DNA from: the human T2T-CHM13v2.0 reference genome, Homo sapiens
Assembly: GCF_009914755.1 (NCBI RefSeq)
Contig: NC_060939.1
Length of the DNA stretch: 64,000 nucleotides
Direction: 5' to 3' (one strand)
A program made the translations under genes and the position numbers. The notes beneath the pieces are model-generated. The model did not search any database. It was not told the DNA's origin and worked only from the letters and a program-made list of their open reading frames with translations. How positions within the stretch are numbered: the first letter of the stretch is position 1; every line of letters begins with the position of its first letter. Positions 33,920-48,900 of the stretch are shown one piece after another.

Positions 33920-36900
33920 AATGGAATGGAGTAGAGGGGAATGGAATGGAATGTATTGCAGTGGAATGGAGTGCAGTGCAGAGGAATGGAATGGGATGGA
34001 GTGGAATGAAATGGAATGGAAAGGAATGGAAGGAAATGGAGTGGAACGGAATGGAGTGGAATGGATTGCAGTGCAGAGGAATGGAATGGGATGGAGTGGA
34101 ATGAAATGGAATGGAAAGGAATGGAAGGAAATGGAGTGGAATGGAATGGAATGGAAAGGAATGGAAGGAAATGGAGTGGAATGGAATGGAGTGGAATGGA
34201 ATTGAGTGGAATGCAATGGAATGGAATGGAATGGAGTGGAATGGAGTGTTGTGGGGTTGAGTGGAAATTAAAGGAATGGATTAGAATGGATTGGAGAGGA
34301 ATTGGGTGGAATTGAGTGTAGTGGAATGGAATGGATTGAAGTGGAATGGAGTGGAGAAGCATGGAGTGGAATGAAGTAGAATGGAGTGGAATGGAGTGGA
34401 TTGCAGTGGAGTGAAATGCAGTAGAATGGAGTGGAATGTAGTGTAATGGTGTGGAATGGAGTGGAAAGTAGTGGAATGGAATGGAGTGGAGTGGACTGGA
34501 GAAGAGCAGACTGCAGTGGAGTGGAATGGAGTGGAATGGAATGCAGTGGAGTGGAAAGGAATGGACTGGAATTGTATGGAGTAGAATGGAGTCCAGTGGA
34601 GTGGAATGGAATGGAGTGGATTGGAGTTTCGTAGAAGGAAGTGTAATGTGCTGGAGTGGAATGGAATGAAATGGAGTGGAGGGCAGTGGAGTGGAGTGAA
34701 TTGGAATGGAAAGTAATGGATTGGATTTCAGTCTAATGGAATGGAGTGGAATGGAATGAAGTGGAATCGAATTGAATGGAATGGAATGGATTGGATATGA
34801 GTGGAATGGAATGGAGTGGAATGGAAAGGAGTGGAATGGTTTTGAGAGGAATCGAATGGAATGGAATGGAATGGAATGGAGTGTAGAGTAGTGCATTGGA
34901 GTGGGATGGAAATGAATGGATTGGAATGTCATGGAATGGAATGGAAAGGAATGGAGTGGAGTGGAGAGCAGAGGAGCGGAATCCAAAGGAATAGAATGGA
35001 ATAGAGAGGAATGGAATGGAGTGGATTGGAGCGCAGTGGAATGGAATGGAATGGAGTGGAGTGGAATGGAATGGAGTGGAGTGGAATGGAATGGAACGAA
35101 ATGGAGGGCACTGGTTTTGAATGGAATGGAATGGTGTGGAATGGAAAGCAATGGAATGGAATGGAACGGAAAGGAGAGGAGGGTAGCATAGTGGAATGGA
35201 ATGAAATGGAATACAATGGAATGGAAAGGAATGGAATGCTATGGAATGGAGTGGACTGGAATGGAATGGAGTGGAGGGGAGTGGAATGGTTTGGAATGGA
35301 TTGGAATGGAATGGAAGTGAATGGAATGGAATGGAAGGGAATAGAATGCAATGGAATGGAGTGCAGTGGAATGGAATGGAGAGGAGTGGAAAAGAATGGA
35401 ATTGAATGGAGAAGAGTTGAATGGAATAGATTGGAGTGGAATATAAAAGAATGGAATGGAATGGAATGGAATGCAATGGAATTGAATGGAGTGCAGTGGA
35501 GTGGAGTGGATTAGTGTAGAATGGAATTGAATGGAACGGAATGGAATACAATAGAATGGATTAGAATGGAATGGAATGGAATGCAATGGAGTGGAATGGA
35601 GAGGAGTGGAGTGGAATGAAATGGAATTAAGAGGAGTGGAATGAAATGGACTGGAATGGAATATATTGGAATGGAGTGGAGTGGACTGGAATGGAATAGA
35701 GTAGAATGAAGCAAAGTGGAATGGAGTGGAGTGGAATGGCATGACATGGAATGGAATGGAATGGAGTGGAGTGGAGTGGAATGGAATGGAATGGAGTGCA
35801 GTGCAGGGGAGAGGAGTCGAGTGGAATACAGTGGAATGGAGTGGAATGGAATGGATTGCAGTTTAATGGAATGGAGCGGAATGGATTGGAGTGGAATGGA
35901 ATGGATTGGAATGGAGTGTAATAGAATGGTGTGGAGTGGAGTGGAATGGAATAGACTGGATTATTGTGGAGGGTAATGGAATGAAATTAAGTGGAGTGGA
36001 ATGGAATGGAGTGGATTGCAATGGAGTGGAATGGAATGGAGTGGAAAAGAATGGAGTGAAATAGAGTGGAATCGAGTGCAGAAGACTGGAATTGATTTGA
36101 AAGGAATGGAGTGGAATGCAGTGAAGTGGAATGGTATGTATTGGAATGGAGTGGAGTGGAATTGAGTGGAATGGACTGGAGTGGAATGGAAGTTAACGGA
36201 ATGGAATAGAATGGAATGGAATGGAGTTGAGTGGAATGGAACGGAGTGGAGTGGAATGGAATGGAATGGAGTGGATTGGAATGGAGTGGAATGGAATGGT
36301 GAGGAATAGAATGGAGTGCAGTGCATTGGAATGGAATAGAGTGGAATGGAGTGGTATGGAATGGTATGGAATGCAGTAGAGTTTAACAGAATGTAGTGGA
36401 AGGACAGGGAATGGAGTGGAGTGTAATGGAATGGAATGCCGTGGAAAAGAATAGAATGGAGTTGAGTGGAATGGAATGAAGTGGAGTGGAATGGAGTGGC
36501 GTGGATTGCAATGCAATGGAGGCGAATGGAATGGTGTGTGAAATGTAATGGAGTGGATTGCTTGGAATGTAATGGAGTGGAATGGAGTTGAGTGGAATGG
36601 AATGGGATGGAGAGGAATGGAATGGAATGGAATGGAATGGAATGAAGTGGAATGGAGTAGAATAGAATGGAATGGGCTGGAGTGCTGTGGAATGGAATGG
36701 AGTGGAGTGGAGTGGTACGTAAATGAATGGAATAAAATGGAATGGAATGGAATGGAATGTAGTGGAGTGGAATGAAGTGGAGTGGAATTGAATGGAATGG
36801 GATGGAGTGGAATTGAATGGAGTGAATGGAATGTAGTGGAATGGAATGGAGTGGAGTGGATTGGAATGAAATAGAGTGCAATGGAGTGGTGTGGAATGGG

Positions 36901-39900
36901 TTGGAATGGAGTGGAATTTAAGGTAATGCAGTGGATTGGCATGAAATGGAGTGGAGTGGAAGGGAATGGAATGCTGTAGAATGGAATGGAATGGAGTTGA
37001 GTGGAATGGAAAGAAGTGGAGTGGAAAGGAATGGCGTGGAGTCGAATGGAATGGAGTGGAATTGAATGGTGTGTGAAATGGAAAGCAGGATATTGAAGAG
37101 GAATGTAACGGAGTGGAATGGAGCTGTGAGTGGAATGCAATCGAAAGGAATGGAATTGAATGGAATGGAATCGAGTAAAGTGGAATGGAATGTAAGCAAA
37201 AGGAATGGACTAGAATGGAATGGTCTCGAATGGAATGGAATCGAATTGAATGGACTTGAAAGAACGGATTCGAATGGAATTAAATCGAATGGAATCGAAT
37301 GCTCTGGAATGGAATAGAATGGACTCGAATTTAATGGAATGAAATGGAATTCACTCAAATGGAATGGAATCGAAAGTAAGGATATCTAGTGGAATAGATT
37401 CTAATGGAACGGAATCGAATTGAATGGACACGAATGGCATGAACTTGAATGGACATTTCTCGAATGGAATGGAATGGAATGGTGTGGAATGGAATGGACT
37501 CGAATGGAATGGTCTCCAATGGAATGGACTCGAATGGAACGCAATCGAAAGGAATGGAATCGAATGGAATTGAATCGAATAAAGGGGAATAGAATGGACA
37601 CGAAAGGATTATACTAGAATGGAACCATCTATAATGGAATGGAATTGAATGGATTGGATTCGAATAAAATGAAAAGGAATCGAATCGAATGGACTGTAAT
37701 GGAAAAGAATCGACTCGAATGTAATGGACTAGAATGAAATGCCTTCAAATGGAATAGAAACTAATGGAATGGAAGCTAAAGGAATGGAATTGAATCAAAT
37801 GGAAACGAAAGGAACGAATTGGAATGGAAAGGTCTCCAATGGAATGGAATGGAATACAATGGAATGGAATGGAATGGAAAGGAATGGAATGGAGTGGAAT
37901 GGAGTGGAATGGAATGGAACGGTATGGAATGGATTGGATTGGAGTGCATTGCAGAGGAATGGAAAGGAACGGTATGGAATGGATTGGATTGGAGTGCATT
38001 GCAGAGGAATGGAAAGGAACGGTATGGAATGGATTGGATTGGAGTGGAATGGAGTGGAATGAAAAGGAATGGAGTGGATTGGATTCGAATGGAATGGAAT
38101 GCAGTGGAGTGGAATGCAATGGAATGGAATGGAACGGAATGTTATAGAATGGAAAGGAGTGGAGAGGAATGGAATGGAACGGAATGGAATGGAGGGGAAG
38201 GGACTGGAGTGGAGTAGAGTATAGTTGAATGGAATGGAATGGAATGGAATGGAATACTGTAGAATGGTATGTAGTGGAGTGGAATGGAATGGAATATAAT
38301 GCAGTGGAATGGAGTGGAGTGAAGTGGAATGGAATGGAATGCAGTGGAATGGAGTGGAATACAGTGGAGTGGAATGGAATGGAGCGGACTGTAAAGAAAT
38401 GGAGTGGAATGGAATGGCGTGGAATGGAATGGAGAGGTGTGGAATGGATTGGAGTGGATTGAAATGGAGTGGAGTTGAAAGGAATGGAATGGAAAGGAAT
38501 GGAAGGGAAAGGTGTAGAATGGAGTGGAAAGGTTTGGAAAGCAATTGATTGGAGTTTAGTGGAATGGAATGAAAGAGAGTGGAATGACATGGTATGGAGT
38601 GCAATGTAATGCAGTGGAATAGAGTGGCGTCAAATGGAATGGAAGGGAATGTAGTGGAATGGAATGGAATGGAATGGAATGGAGTGGAATGGAATGGAGT
38701 GGAAAAGAATGGAAGGGAATAAAATAGAATGGAAGGGAATGGAAGAGAATGCAATGGAATGGAATGGAATGGAATGGAGTGAATTGGAATGGAATGGAAT
38801 TGATTGGAATGTAATGGAATTGAGAGAAGTGGAATGAAGGCAATGGAATGCAATGGAATGAAATGAGAATAAGTGCAGTGGAATGAAATGGAACGGAATG
38901 GAATGTAGTGGATTGGAGTGGAGTGGAGTGGAATTGAATTGAATGGAGTGCAGAAGAATGGACTGGACTGGAATGGAATGGAATGGAATGGAATGGATTA
39001 GAATGGAATGATATGTAATGGAATGTTACAGAATTGAATGGAGTGGAGTAGAATGGAATGAAATGGAATGGAAAGGAATGATGACGAGGGGACTGGAGTG
39101 GAGAAGAATATAGTGGAACGGAATGGAATGGAAGGGAATGGAATGGAGAACAATGGAATTGAAAACTATAGAATGGTATGGATTTGAGTGGAATGGAATG
39201 TTATCTAATGCATTGGAATGGAGTGGAGTGGAGTGGAATGGAATGTAATCCATTGTAATGGAGTGGAATGGAATGGAAATGAATGGAACGCAATGGAATG
39301 GAATGGGGTGGGGTGGAGTAGAGTGGACTGAAATGGAAAGGAGTGGAATGGAAAGGAGTGGAAGGAAGTGGAGTGGAACGGAATGGAGTGGACTGGAAAC
39401 AAATGGAGTGGAATGGAATGGTGTGGAATGGAATGCAGTTGTGTGGAATGCAATGGAGTGGAGAGGAATGGACTGGAGTTGAATGGAATGGAATGGAGAG
39501 GAATAGAATGGAAAGCTTTGGAGTGCAGTGGAGTAGTGTGGAATGGAATAGAATGGAGTAGAGTGGAATGGAATGAAATGCAGTGGAATGGCATTTAATG
39601 GAATGCAATGGAATGCAGTGGAATAGAATGGAGTCTAATGGAATGGAATGCAATGTACTGGATTGGAATGGAATGAAATGAAATGGAATGGAGTGGGGTG
39701 GAGAGGAATGGAATGGAATGGAGTGGAATGGAATGGAGTGGAATGGAGTGCAGTGGAATAGAGAGGAATGAAATTGAATGGAACAGAATTGAATGTATTG
39801 AAATGCATCGAATTGGAGTGGAATGGGGTGGAATGGAATTGAATGGAGTGGAATAGAATGGAATGCAATGGATTCGAGTGGAGTGCTGTGGAATATAATG

Positions 39901-42900
39901 TAAGGGAGTACAATTGAATGGAATGGAATGGAATGGAATGGAGTGGGGTGGAATTGAATGGAATGGAGTGGAATGGAATGGAATGCAATGGAATGGAAAG
40001 GAATGGAATGCAATGGAATGGAATGTAAAGCAATGGAATGCAATGGAAGGGAGAGGAGGGGAATGTAGTGCAGTGGAGTGAAGTGTAACAGAATGGAATG
40101 AAATGGAATGGAATAGAATGGAATGGAGTGGAGTTGAAAGGATTGGAATGCAACGGTATGCAACGCAATGGAATGGAACAGAGTGGAATGGAATAGAATG
40201 GAATGGAATTTAGTGGTATGTAGAGGAGTGGAGTGGAATGGAGATGAAAGTAATGGAAGGGAAAGGAAGGGAAATGAATGGGATGGAAAGGAATGGAATG
40301 AGACTGGGTGAATTCGAGTGAAATGCAATGGATGGAAGTGGAATGGAATGGAATGCAATGCAATGGAATGGGACAGAATGTAATGGAATGGAATGCAATG
40401 GAGTGGAATGGAATGGAATGGAATGGAATGGAATGGAATGGCATAGAATGGGGTGGAATGGATTGGAATGGAATGGAATGGAATGGAATGGATTGGAGTG
40501 GAGTGGAGTGGAATCGAATAGAATGGAGAGGAGCAGAATTGAATGGAATCGAATAGAGTGGAATGGAATGGAGAGGAATGGAAAGGAATGGAATGGAAAG
40601 AAATGGAGTGGAATGGAATTGAATGGATTGGAGTGGAATGGAATGGAATGGGCGGGGATGGAATGGAGATGAGGGGATTGGAGTGGAGTAGAGAATAGTG
40701 GATTGGAATGCAAAGGAAAGGAATGGAATGCAATGGAACACTATAGAATGGTATGGAGTTTACTGGAATGGAATGGAATGCAGATGAGTGGAATGTAATT
40801 GAAAGGAATGGAACGGAATGGAGTGGACTAGAGTGGAATGGAATGGAGTAGATTGGAATGCAATGGAATGGATTGTAATAGAATGCAATGCAGTGGATTG
40901 GAAAGTTGCGGAGTGGAGTAGCATGGAGTGGAATGGAACTGAATGGAATTCTATTTAATGGAAATGGAAGTAAATGGAATGGAATGGAGTAGAGTAGAAT
41001 GGAGTGGAATGGAGTCGAATGTAGAGCAGTGGAATGGAATGGAAAGCAGTTGAGTGGAATGGAACGGAGTTGAATGGAAAAGAGTGTAATGGAGTAGAGT
41101 GGAGATGAATGGAATTGAGAGGAATGAAGTGAGGTGGAATGGAGTAGAATATAGCGGAGTGGAATGGAATGGAATGGAATGGAATGGAATGGAATGGAAT
41201 GGAGTGGAGTGGAGTGGATTCCAATGCAATGGATTGGAGTGGAGTGGAGAGGATTGGAATAGAACAGAGTGAAATGGAGTGGAATGGAATGGAGTGGAGT
41301 GCAATGGAATGGAGCAGAATGGAATGGAGTGGAATGGAATGGAGTGGAGTGCAATGGAATGGAGCAGAATGGAATGGAGTGGAATGGAATGGAGTGTAGT
41401 GGAGTGTTATGGAATGGTGTGGAGTGTAGCGGAATGGAAAGGACTGGAATGTAGTGGAGTGTAATAGAATGGAAATGAGTGGAGGGGAATGTAATGGGAT
41501 GGAGTTGTTTGGAATGGAGTGGAAGGGAATGGAGTGGAATAGAATGGAAGGGAATGGAAAAGAATGGAATGGAGTAAAATGGAACGGAATGGAAAGGAAT
41601 GGAATTTAAAGGAATGGAGTGGAGTGGAATTGAATGGAAAGGAATGGAACGGAATGTAATGGAACGGAATGTAATGGAATGGAATGGAATGGAGTGGATT
41701 GGAGTGGAGCGGAGTGGAGTGGTATGGAATTGAATAATGTGGAGTGGAATGGAATGGAATGGAATAGAATGGAATGGAGTGGAGTGGAATGGAAGGGAAT
41801 GGGATGGAATGCTGAGGTGTTGACTGGAGTGGAGAAGAGCATAGTGGAATGTAATGGAATGTAAAGAAATGGAATAGAATGGAATAGCTTACTATAGAAT
41901 GGTATGGAGTGGAGTGGAATGGAATGGAATGGAATGCAGTGGAATGGAGTGGAGTGGAGTGGAATGGAATGCACTGCAATGGAGTGGAATGGATTGGAAT
42001 GGAGTAGAATGGAGTGGAATGGAGTGGAGTGGAATGGAAAGGAATGGAATCGAATGGAATGGAGTGGAGTGGAGTGGAATGGAATGGAATGGATTGGAGG
42101 GAGTGGAGAGGAGTGGAATAGAATAGAGTGAAATTGAGTGGAATGGAATGGAGTGGAGTGCAACAGAATGGAGCGGAATGGAATGGAGTGGAATGGAATA
42201 GAGTGGAGTCGAGTGTTATGGAATGGTGTGGAGTGTAGTGGAGTGGAAAGGACTGGAATGTAGTGGAGTGTAATGGAATGGAAATGAGTGGAGGGGAATG
42301 TAATGGAATGGAGTTGATTGGAATGGAATGGAATGGAATTGATTGGAATGGAATGGAAGTGAATGGAATGGAATGGAGTAAAATGGAAAAGAATGGAAAC
42401 GAATGGAATGGAATGGAATGGATTGGAGTGGAATTGAATGGAAAGTAATGGAAAGGCATGGAATGGAATGGAATGGAATGGAACGGAACGGAACGGAATG
42501 GAGTGGATTGGAGTGGAGTGGAGTGGTATGGAATTGAATAAAATGGAGTGGAATGGAATGGAATGGAAAAGAATGGAATGGAGTGGAGTGGAATGGGATG
42601 GAATGGGGAGGTGTGGACTGGAATGGAGGAGAGAATAGTGGAATGGAATGGAATGGAATGGAATGAAATGGAATGGAAGGGAATGGAATGGTATACTACA
42701 GAATGGTATGGAGTGGAGTGGAATGGAATGGAATGGAATGCAGTGGAATGGAGTGGAATGAAATGGAATGGAGTGGATTGGAGTGGAATTCAATGGAGTA
42801 AAATGGATTGGATTGTAATGGAGTGGATTAGAATGGAATGGAGAGAAGTGGAAAGAAAAGGAGTGGAATGGAATGGTGTGGATTGGAGTGGAATGGAGTG

Positions 42901-45900
42901 AAATGGAATGGAACTGAACGGAATGAAAAGGAGAGGAATGGAATGGAAAGCTGTGTAGTGGAATGGAGTGGTGTGGAATGGAATTGAACGGAGTGGAGTG
43001 GATTGGAATGGAATGAAACGGTGTGGAATGGCAATGAATGGGGTGCAATGGAATGGAGGGGATTAGAATGGAGTCTAATGGAAGGGAAAGTAATGGAGAG
43101 GAGTGGAATGGAATGGAATGGAATGCAATGGAATCGAGTGAAGTGGAGTAGAGTGGAGTGGAATGCAATGGAGTGGAATGGGATGGAGTGGAATGGAGTG
43201 GATTAGAATGCAGTGAAATGAAAGGGAATGGAATGGAATGTAGTGAAGTGGAATGGAATGCAATGCAATGGATTCGATTGAAGTGGAGTGGAGTGGAGTG
43301 GAATGCAATGGAGTGGAATGAGATGGAGTGGAGTGGAGTGGAATAGAATGGAATGGAATTGAATGGAAAGGAATTGACTGGAATGCAATGCAACGAAATG
43401 GAGTGGAATGAAGTTGAATGGAATGCAAAGGAATGGAATTGAATGGAGTGATATGGAATGGAATGAAATGGAATGCAATGGATTCGAGTGGAGTGCTGTG
43501 GAGTGTAATGGAATGGAATGCAATGGAATGGAATGGAATGGAAGGGATTGAAATGGAAAGGAATGCAATAGAATGGAATTTAATGGAATGGAATGCAGTG
43601 GGGTGGAATAGAAAGGAGTGGAGTGGAATGGAATGGAATGCAATGGAATTTAATGTAACGGAAAGTAATGGAAAGGAATGGAATGGAATGGAGAGGAGGG
43701 GATTATCGTGGAGTGGAGTGAATTGGAAAGGAATGGAATGGAATGGAATGGAATGGAATGAAATGAAATGTGGTGAAGTGGACTAGAATGGAATGAAATG
43801 GACTAGAATGGAGTGGAGTGGATTGGAATGGAATAGAATGTAGTGGAGTGGAGTGGAATGGAATGGAATGGAGTGGATTGGAAAGGATTGGAATGGATTG
43901 GAATGGAATGGAATGAAACAGAGTGGAATGGAATGGAGTGGAATGGAATGGAATGGAATGAAGAGGAGTGTAGTGGAATGGAATCGTTTGTATTGAAATG
44001 TGATGGAATGCAGATGGATGTAATGGAATAGAATGGGATGGAATAGAATGGGATGGAAAGGAATGGAATGGAAATGGGTGGAGTCAAGAGGAAAGCAATG
44101 GAGTGAAGTGGAATGGAATTCAATGCAATGGAATGGAACGGAATGAAATGGATTGGAATGGAATAGAATGGAGTGGAATGCAATGGAATGGGATGGAATG
44201 GTATTGAATGGAATAGACTGGAGTGGAATGGAATGGAAAGGAATGGAACGGAATGGAATGGAATGGAGTGGGGTGGAATGGAATGGAATGTAACGGAGTG
44301 GAATGGAGTGTAGTGGAGTGGAATGGAATAGAATGGAGTGGATTAGAATGTAGTGCAATGGAATGCAGAGGAATGAAAGGAAGGGAATGGAATGGAATGG
44401 AAAGGAATGGAATGGAGGGGAGTGGAATGGAGTGGAAAGGAATTGAATGGAATGGAATGAAGTGGAATGGAATTTAACCGAATGGATTGGAGTGGAATGG
44501 AGTTGAGTGGAGTGAAATGGAAAGGAATGGAGTGGAGTGGAGTGGAGTGGAATGGAATGGATTGGAATGGAGTGGAATGGAAGGAAATGGGATGGAATGG
44601 GGAGGAGTGGAATGGATTGGAGTAGAGTATAGTGGAATGGAATGGAATGTAAACAAATGGAATAGAATGGAATGGAGCAGAATACTTTCGAATGGTACGA
44701 AGTGGAGAGGAATGGAACGGAATGCAATGCAGGGGAATGGAGTGGAGTGGAGTGGAATGGAATGGAACGCAGTGGAATGTAGTGGAATGGAATGGAGTGG
44801 AATGGAGTGGAGTGGAGTGGATTGGAATGGAATGGAGTAGATTGGAGTGGATTGGAATGGAGTGGAGTGGAATGGAATATAGGGGAGTGGAAAAAAATGG
44901 ATTGAAATGGAATGGTGGGGAATGGAATGGAGTCGTGTGGAGTGGAATGGAGTGGAGTGGAATGGAGTGGAGTTGAATGTAATGGAAAGGTGAGGAATGG
45001 TATGGAAAGGTGTGGAGTTGAGTGCAGTGGTGTGGAATGATTTGAATGGAGTGGAGTGAAATGGAATGAAACGGAGAAGAATGGCACGGAATGTGGTGCA
45101 ATGGAATGGAGTGGATAAGAATGGAGTCTAATGGAAGGGAGTGGAATGGAGTGGAGTGAAATGGAATGAAATGGAATACAATGGAATGGAGTGGAGTGGA
45201 GTGGAATGCAATGGCGTGGAATGCAATGGAGTGGAGTGGAGTGTAGTGGAACAGAGTTGAATGGAATTGAATGGAACGGAATTGACTGGAATGGAATGCA
45301 ACGAAATATAGTGGAAAGGAGTTGAATGGAATCTAAAGGAATGGAATTGAATGGAGTGGAATTGAAAGGAATGAAATGAAATGCAATGGATGCGAGTGGA
45401 GTGCTGTGGAATGTAATGGATTAGAATTCAAAGGAATGGAATGTAATGGAATGAATTGGAATGCAATGGAATGGAATGGAATGGAATGGAATTTAATGGA
45501 ATGGAATGGACGGGGTGGAATGGAATGGAGTGGAGTGGATTGGAATGGAATGCAATGGAATGTAAAGCAATGGAGTGGAATGGATTGCAATGGAAAGGAG
45601 AAGAGGGGGTTGTATTGGAATGGAGTGAAGTGGAATGGAATGGAACGGAACAGAATGGAATGCAAAGCAATGGCATGCATTGGAATGGCATGGAATGAAA
45701 TGGACTGGAATTCAGTGGAGTGGAGTGGAATGGAATGAAATGGAGTGGGATACAATGGAATGGAATGGAATGGAATGGAATGGAATGGAATGGAATGGAA
45801 TGGAATAGGGTGGAATGCATTGGGATGGATTGGAATGGAGTAGAGTGGAGTGAAGTGGGATGGAACGGAGTGGAGTGGAAAGGATTGGAACGGAATGTAA

Positions 45901-48900
45901 TGTAATGGAATGGAATGAAACAGAGTGGAATGGAATGGAATTGAATGGAGAGGAATGTAGAGGAGTGAAGTGGAATGGAATGGAATGTATTGAAATGTAA
46001 TGGAATGGAGACGAATGTGATGTAATGCAATGTAATGGAATAGAATGGGATGGAATAGAGTAGCATGGAGTGGAATGAAACGGAATGGAAGCGTATGGAA
46101 TGGAATTTAATTGAATGGAATGCAATGGAACCGAATGGAATGCTGTGGAATGGAATGGAATGTGCTGGAAATGAATGGAGTGGAATGTTATATGGTGGAG
46201 TGGAGTGGAATGGAATGGACTGGATTGGAGTGGAATGGAATGGAATGGAATGTAAAGGAGGGGAAACGACTGGAATGGTATGGAATGGAATGTAATGGAA
46301 TGGAGTGAAGTGGAAGGGAATGGAATGGAAGCGAACAGAGTGGAATGTAATGGAATGGAGTGGAGAGGAATGGAGTGGAGTGGAATGGAATGGAGTATAA
46401 TGTGGTGGAGTGGAGTGGATGGGAATGGAATGCAATGGAGTGGAATGGAACGGAACGGAGAGGAGGGGAATGGAATGGAAGAGAATGGCATGCAGTGGAG
46501 TGGAACGGAATGGAATGGAAAGAAATGGAATGGAATGGAATAAAGTGGAATGGAATCGAGTGGGGCAGAGTGGAATGGAATGGACAGGAATGGTATGGAA
46601 TGGAATGTAGTGGAAGGGAATGGCATGAAATGGAGTGGAGGGGAATGGAGTGGAATGGAATGGAGTGGAATGGAGTGGAGTGCAAGGGAGTGTAATGAAG
46701 TGGAGAGGAATGGAAGGGAATGGAATGGATTGTAGCGGAATGGAATGGAATGGAATTGAGTGGATAGGACTGGAATGGAGTCCAATGGAGTGGAGTGGAA
46801 TGGAAAGGAGTGGAATGAAATGGAGTGGAAGGGAGTTGAGCGGAATGTAATGTAAAGTATTGGAAAGGAATTGAGTGTAGTTTAATGGAATTGAACCGAA
46901 TGGGGTGGAGTGGAGTTGAGTGGGGTCAAATGGAGGGGAATGGAATGGAATGTAATGGAATGGAAGGGAATTGAATGGAAATGATTGGAGTGTAGTGGAG
47001 TGGAATGGAGGGTAGTGGAGTGGAGAGCTATGGAATGGAATTGAATGGAGTGGAATGGAATTGAGTGGAATTGAATGAAATGGAATGGAGTGAAATGGAA
47101 TGAAACGGAGTGGAGTGGAAGGGAATGGAATGGAATGGAATGGAATGGAGTGGAATGGAATGGAATGGAATGGAGTGGAGTGGAGTAGAATGGAGTGGAA
47201 TGCAATGGAGTGAAGGGGAGTGGAATGGAATTGTTTGGAGAGAATTGGAATGGAATGGATTGTAATCGAGTAGTGTGGAATGGAATGGAATGCAGTGTAG
47301 AGGAATGGAACATAATGGAGTGGAATGGAATGAATTGGAGTGGAATGGAACTGAGAGGAGTGGAATGGAATGGAAACGAATGGAATGGAATGGAATGGAA
47401 TGAAATTGAGTGGAACGCAATGGAGTGGGGATGAGTGGAATGGAATGGACTGAAGTGGAATGGAATGATATGGAATGGAATGGAATAGAATGGAATGGGA
47501 CGGAATTTAACGCATTGGAATGGAGTGGAATGGAGTGGAGTGAAATGGATTGTAATGGAATGGAATGGGATACAATGGAATGGACTGTAATGGAATGGAG
47601 TGGAATGGAGTGGAATGGAGTGGAATGGAGTGCAGTGGAGTGGAGTGGAGGGGAGTGGAATGTAATGGAGTGGAGTGGAATGGAATAAAATGGAATGGAT
47701 TGGAAAGGAACGGAGTGGTGTGGAGTGGGGTCGAATGGAATGAAACTGAAAAGAACGGAATGGAATGGAATGGAATGGAATAGGGTGGAGTGGAGTGGAA
47801 TGGAATCAATGGAGAGGAATGTACTGGAGTGAAACGGAAAGGAATGGAGTGGAGTGTAATGGTATGAGGTGGAATGGAATGGAGTGGAATGGATTTCATT
47901 GGAGAGGAATGGAATGGAGTAGAATGGAATGGACTGGAGTTGAGTGGAGTGTGTTCGAGTAGATGGTTTTGAATGGAATGGAATATAATGGGGTGGACTG
48001 GAGTGGAACGGAGTGGAGTGGAGTTGAGTGGAATGTGTTCGAGTGGATGGTATTGGAATGGAATGGAATGGAAAGGGGTGGAATGGAGTGTAGTGTAGTG
48101 CAGTGGAGTGGGTTCGATTGGATGATAATTGAATGGAACGTAGTGGCGTGGAATGGAGTGGAGTGGAGAGGAATGGATTTGAAAGGATTGCAGTGGAAAG
48201 GAATGCATCGGGGTGTAGTGGAATGTAAAGGAATGCAGTGGAATGGAATTGAATGTTATGGAATTGAATGGAGTGTAGAGAAATTGAATGGAATGGAATG
48301 GAATGGAAGGGAATGGAATGGAAGGGAATAGAATGGAGTGGAATGGTGTGGAAGGGAATGGAATTTAAAGGATTTGAGTGGATTGTAGTGGAGTGGAGTA
48401 GAATGGAATTGTGTGGAATGGAATGGATTGCAATGGAATGGAGTGGAAGGGAATGGAGTGGTGTGGAGTAGAATGGATTGGAATTAAATGCAATGGAATG
48501 GAATGGAGTGGAATGGAACAGAATGGAATGGAGTGGAATGGAATGGGACGGAGTGGAATGGAGTGGAGTGGATTGGAATGGAATGGAGTGGAATGGAGGG
48601 GAGTGCAATGGAATGGAACGGTGTGGAGTGGAGTGTAATGGAACGGAGTGGAATAGAATGTAATGGAATGCAATGGCTTGGAATGGAGTGGAATGGAACG
48701 GAATGACAGGGAATGGAATGGAATGGAAAAGAACGGAAGGGAAGGGAGTGGAATGGAATGGAATGGAATGGAAGGGAATGCAGTGGAATGGAAATTAAAG
48801 GAATGGAATGGAATGGAATGGAATGGAATGGAATGGAGTGGAATGGAGTGGAGTTCAGTGGAGTAGAATGGAATGGTGTAGAGTGGAGTGGAATGCAATG

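Larger units (their letters stand above)
18530..33920 (+). repeat. HSat3 domain rich in GGAATCGAAT / GGACTCGAAT variants (CpG- and TaqI-site-rich)
   Basis: Abrupt loss of GGAGT runs and appearance of very frequent atcgaatgg, gactcgaatgg, gactgg, aatcaaatgg; boundaries approximate. Confidence 0.85.

Noticed and set aside
18530-33920. HSat2 (HSATII) assignment or DUX4 binding motifs in the CpG-rich domain
   Set aside because: The HSat2 hallmark gaatcatcgaatgg/aatcatcatc is essentially absent; only imperfect matches to TAAYYYAATCA (e.g. taatggaatca) were seen.
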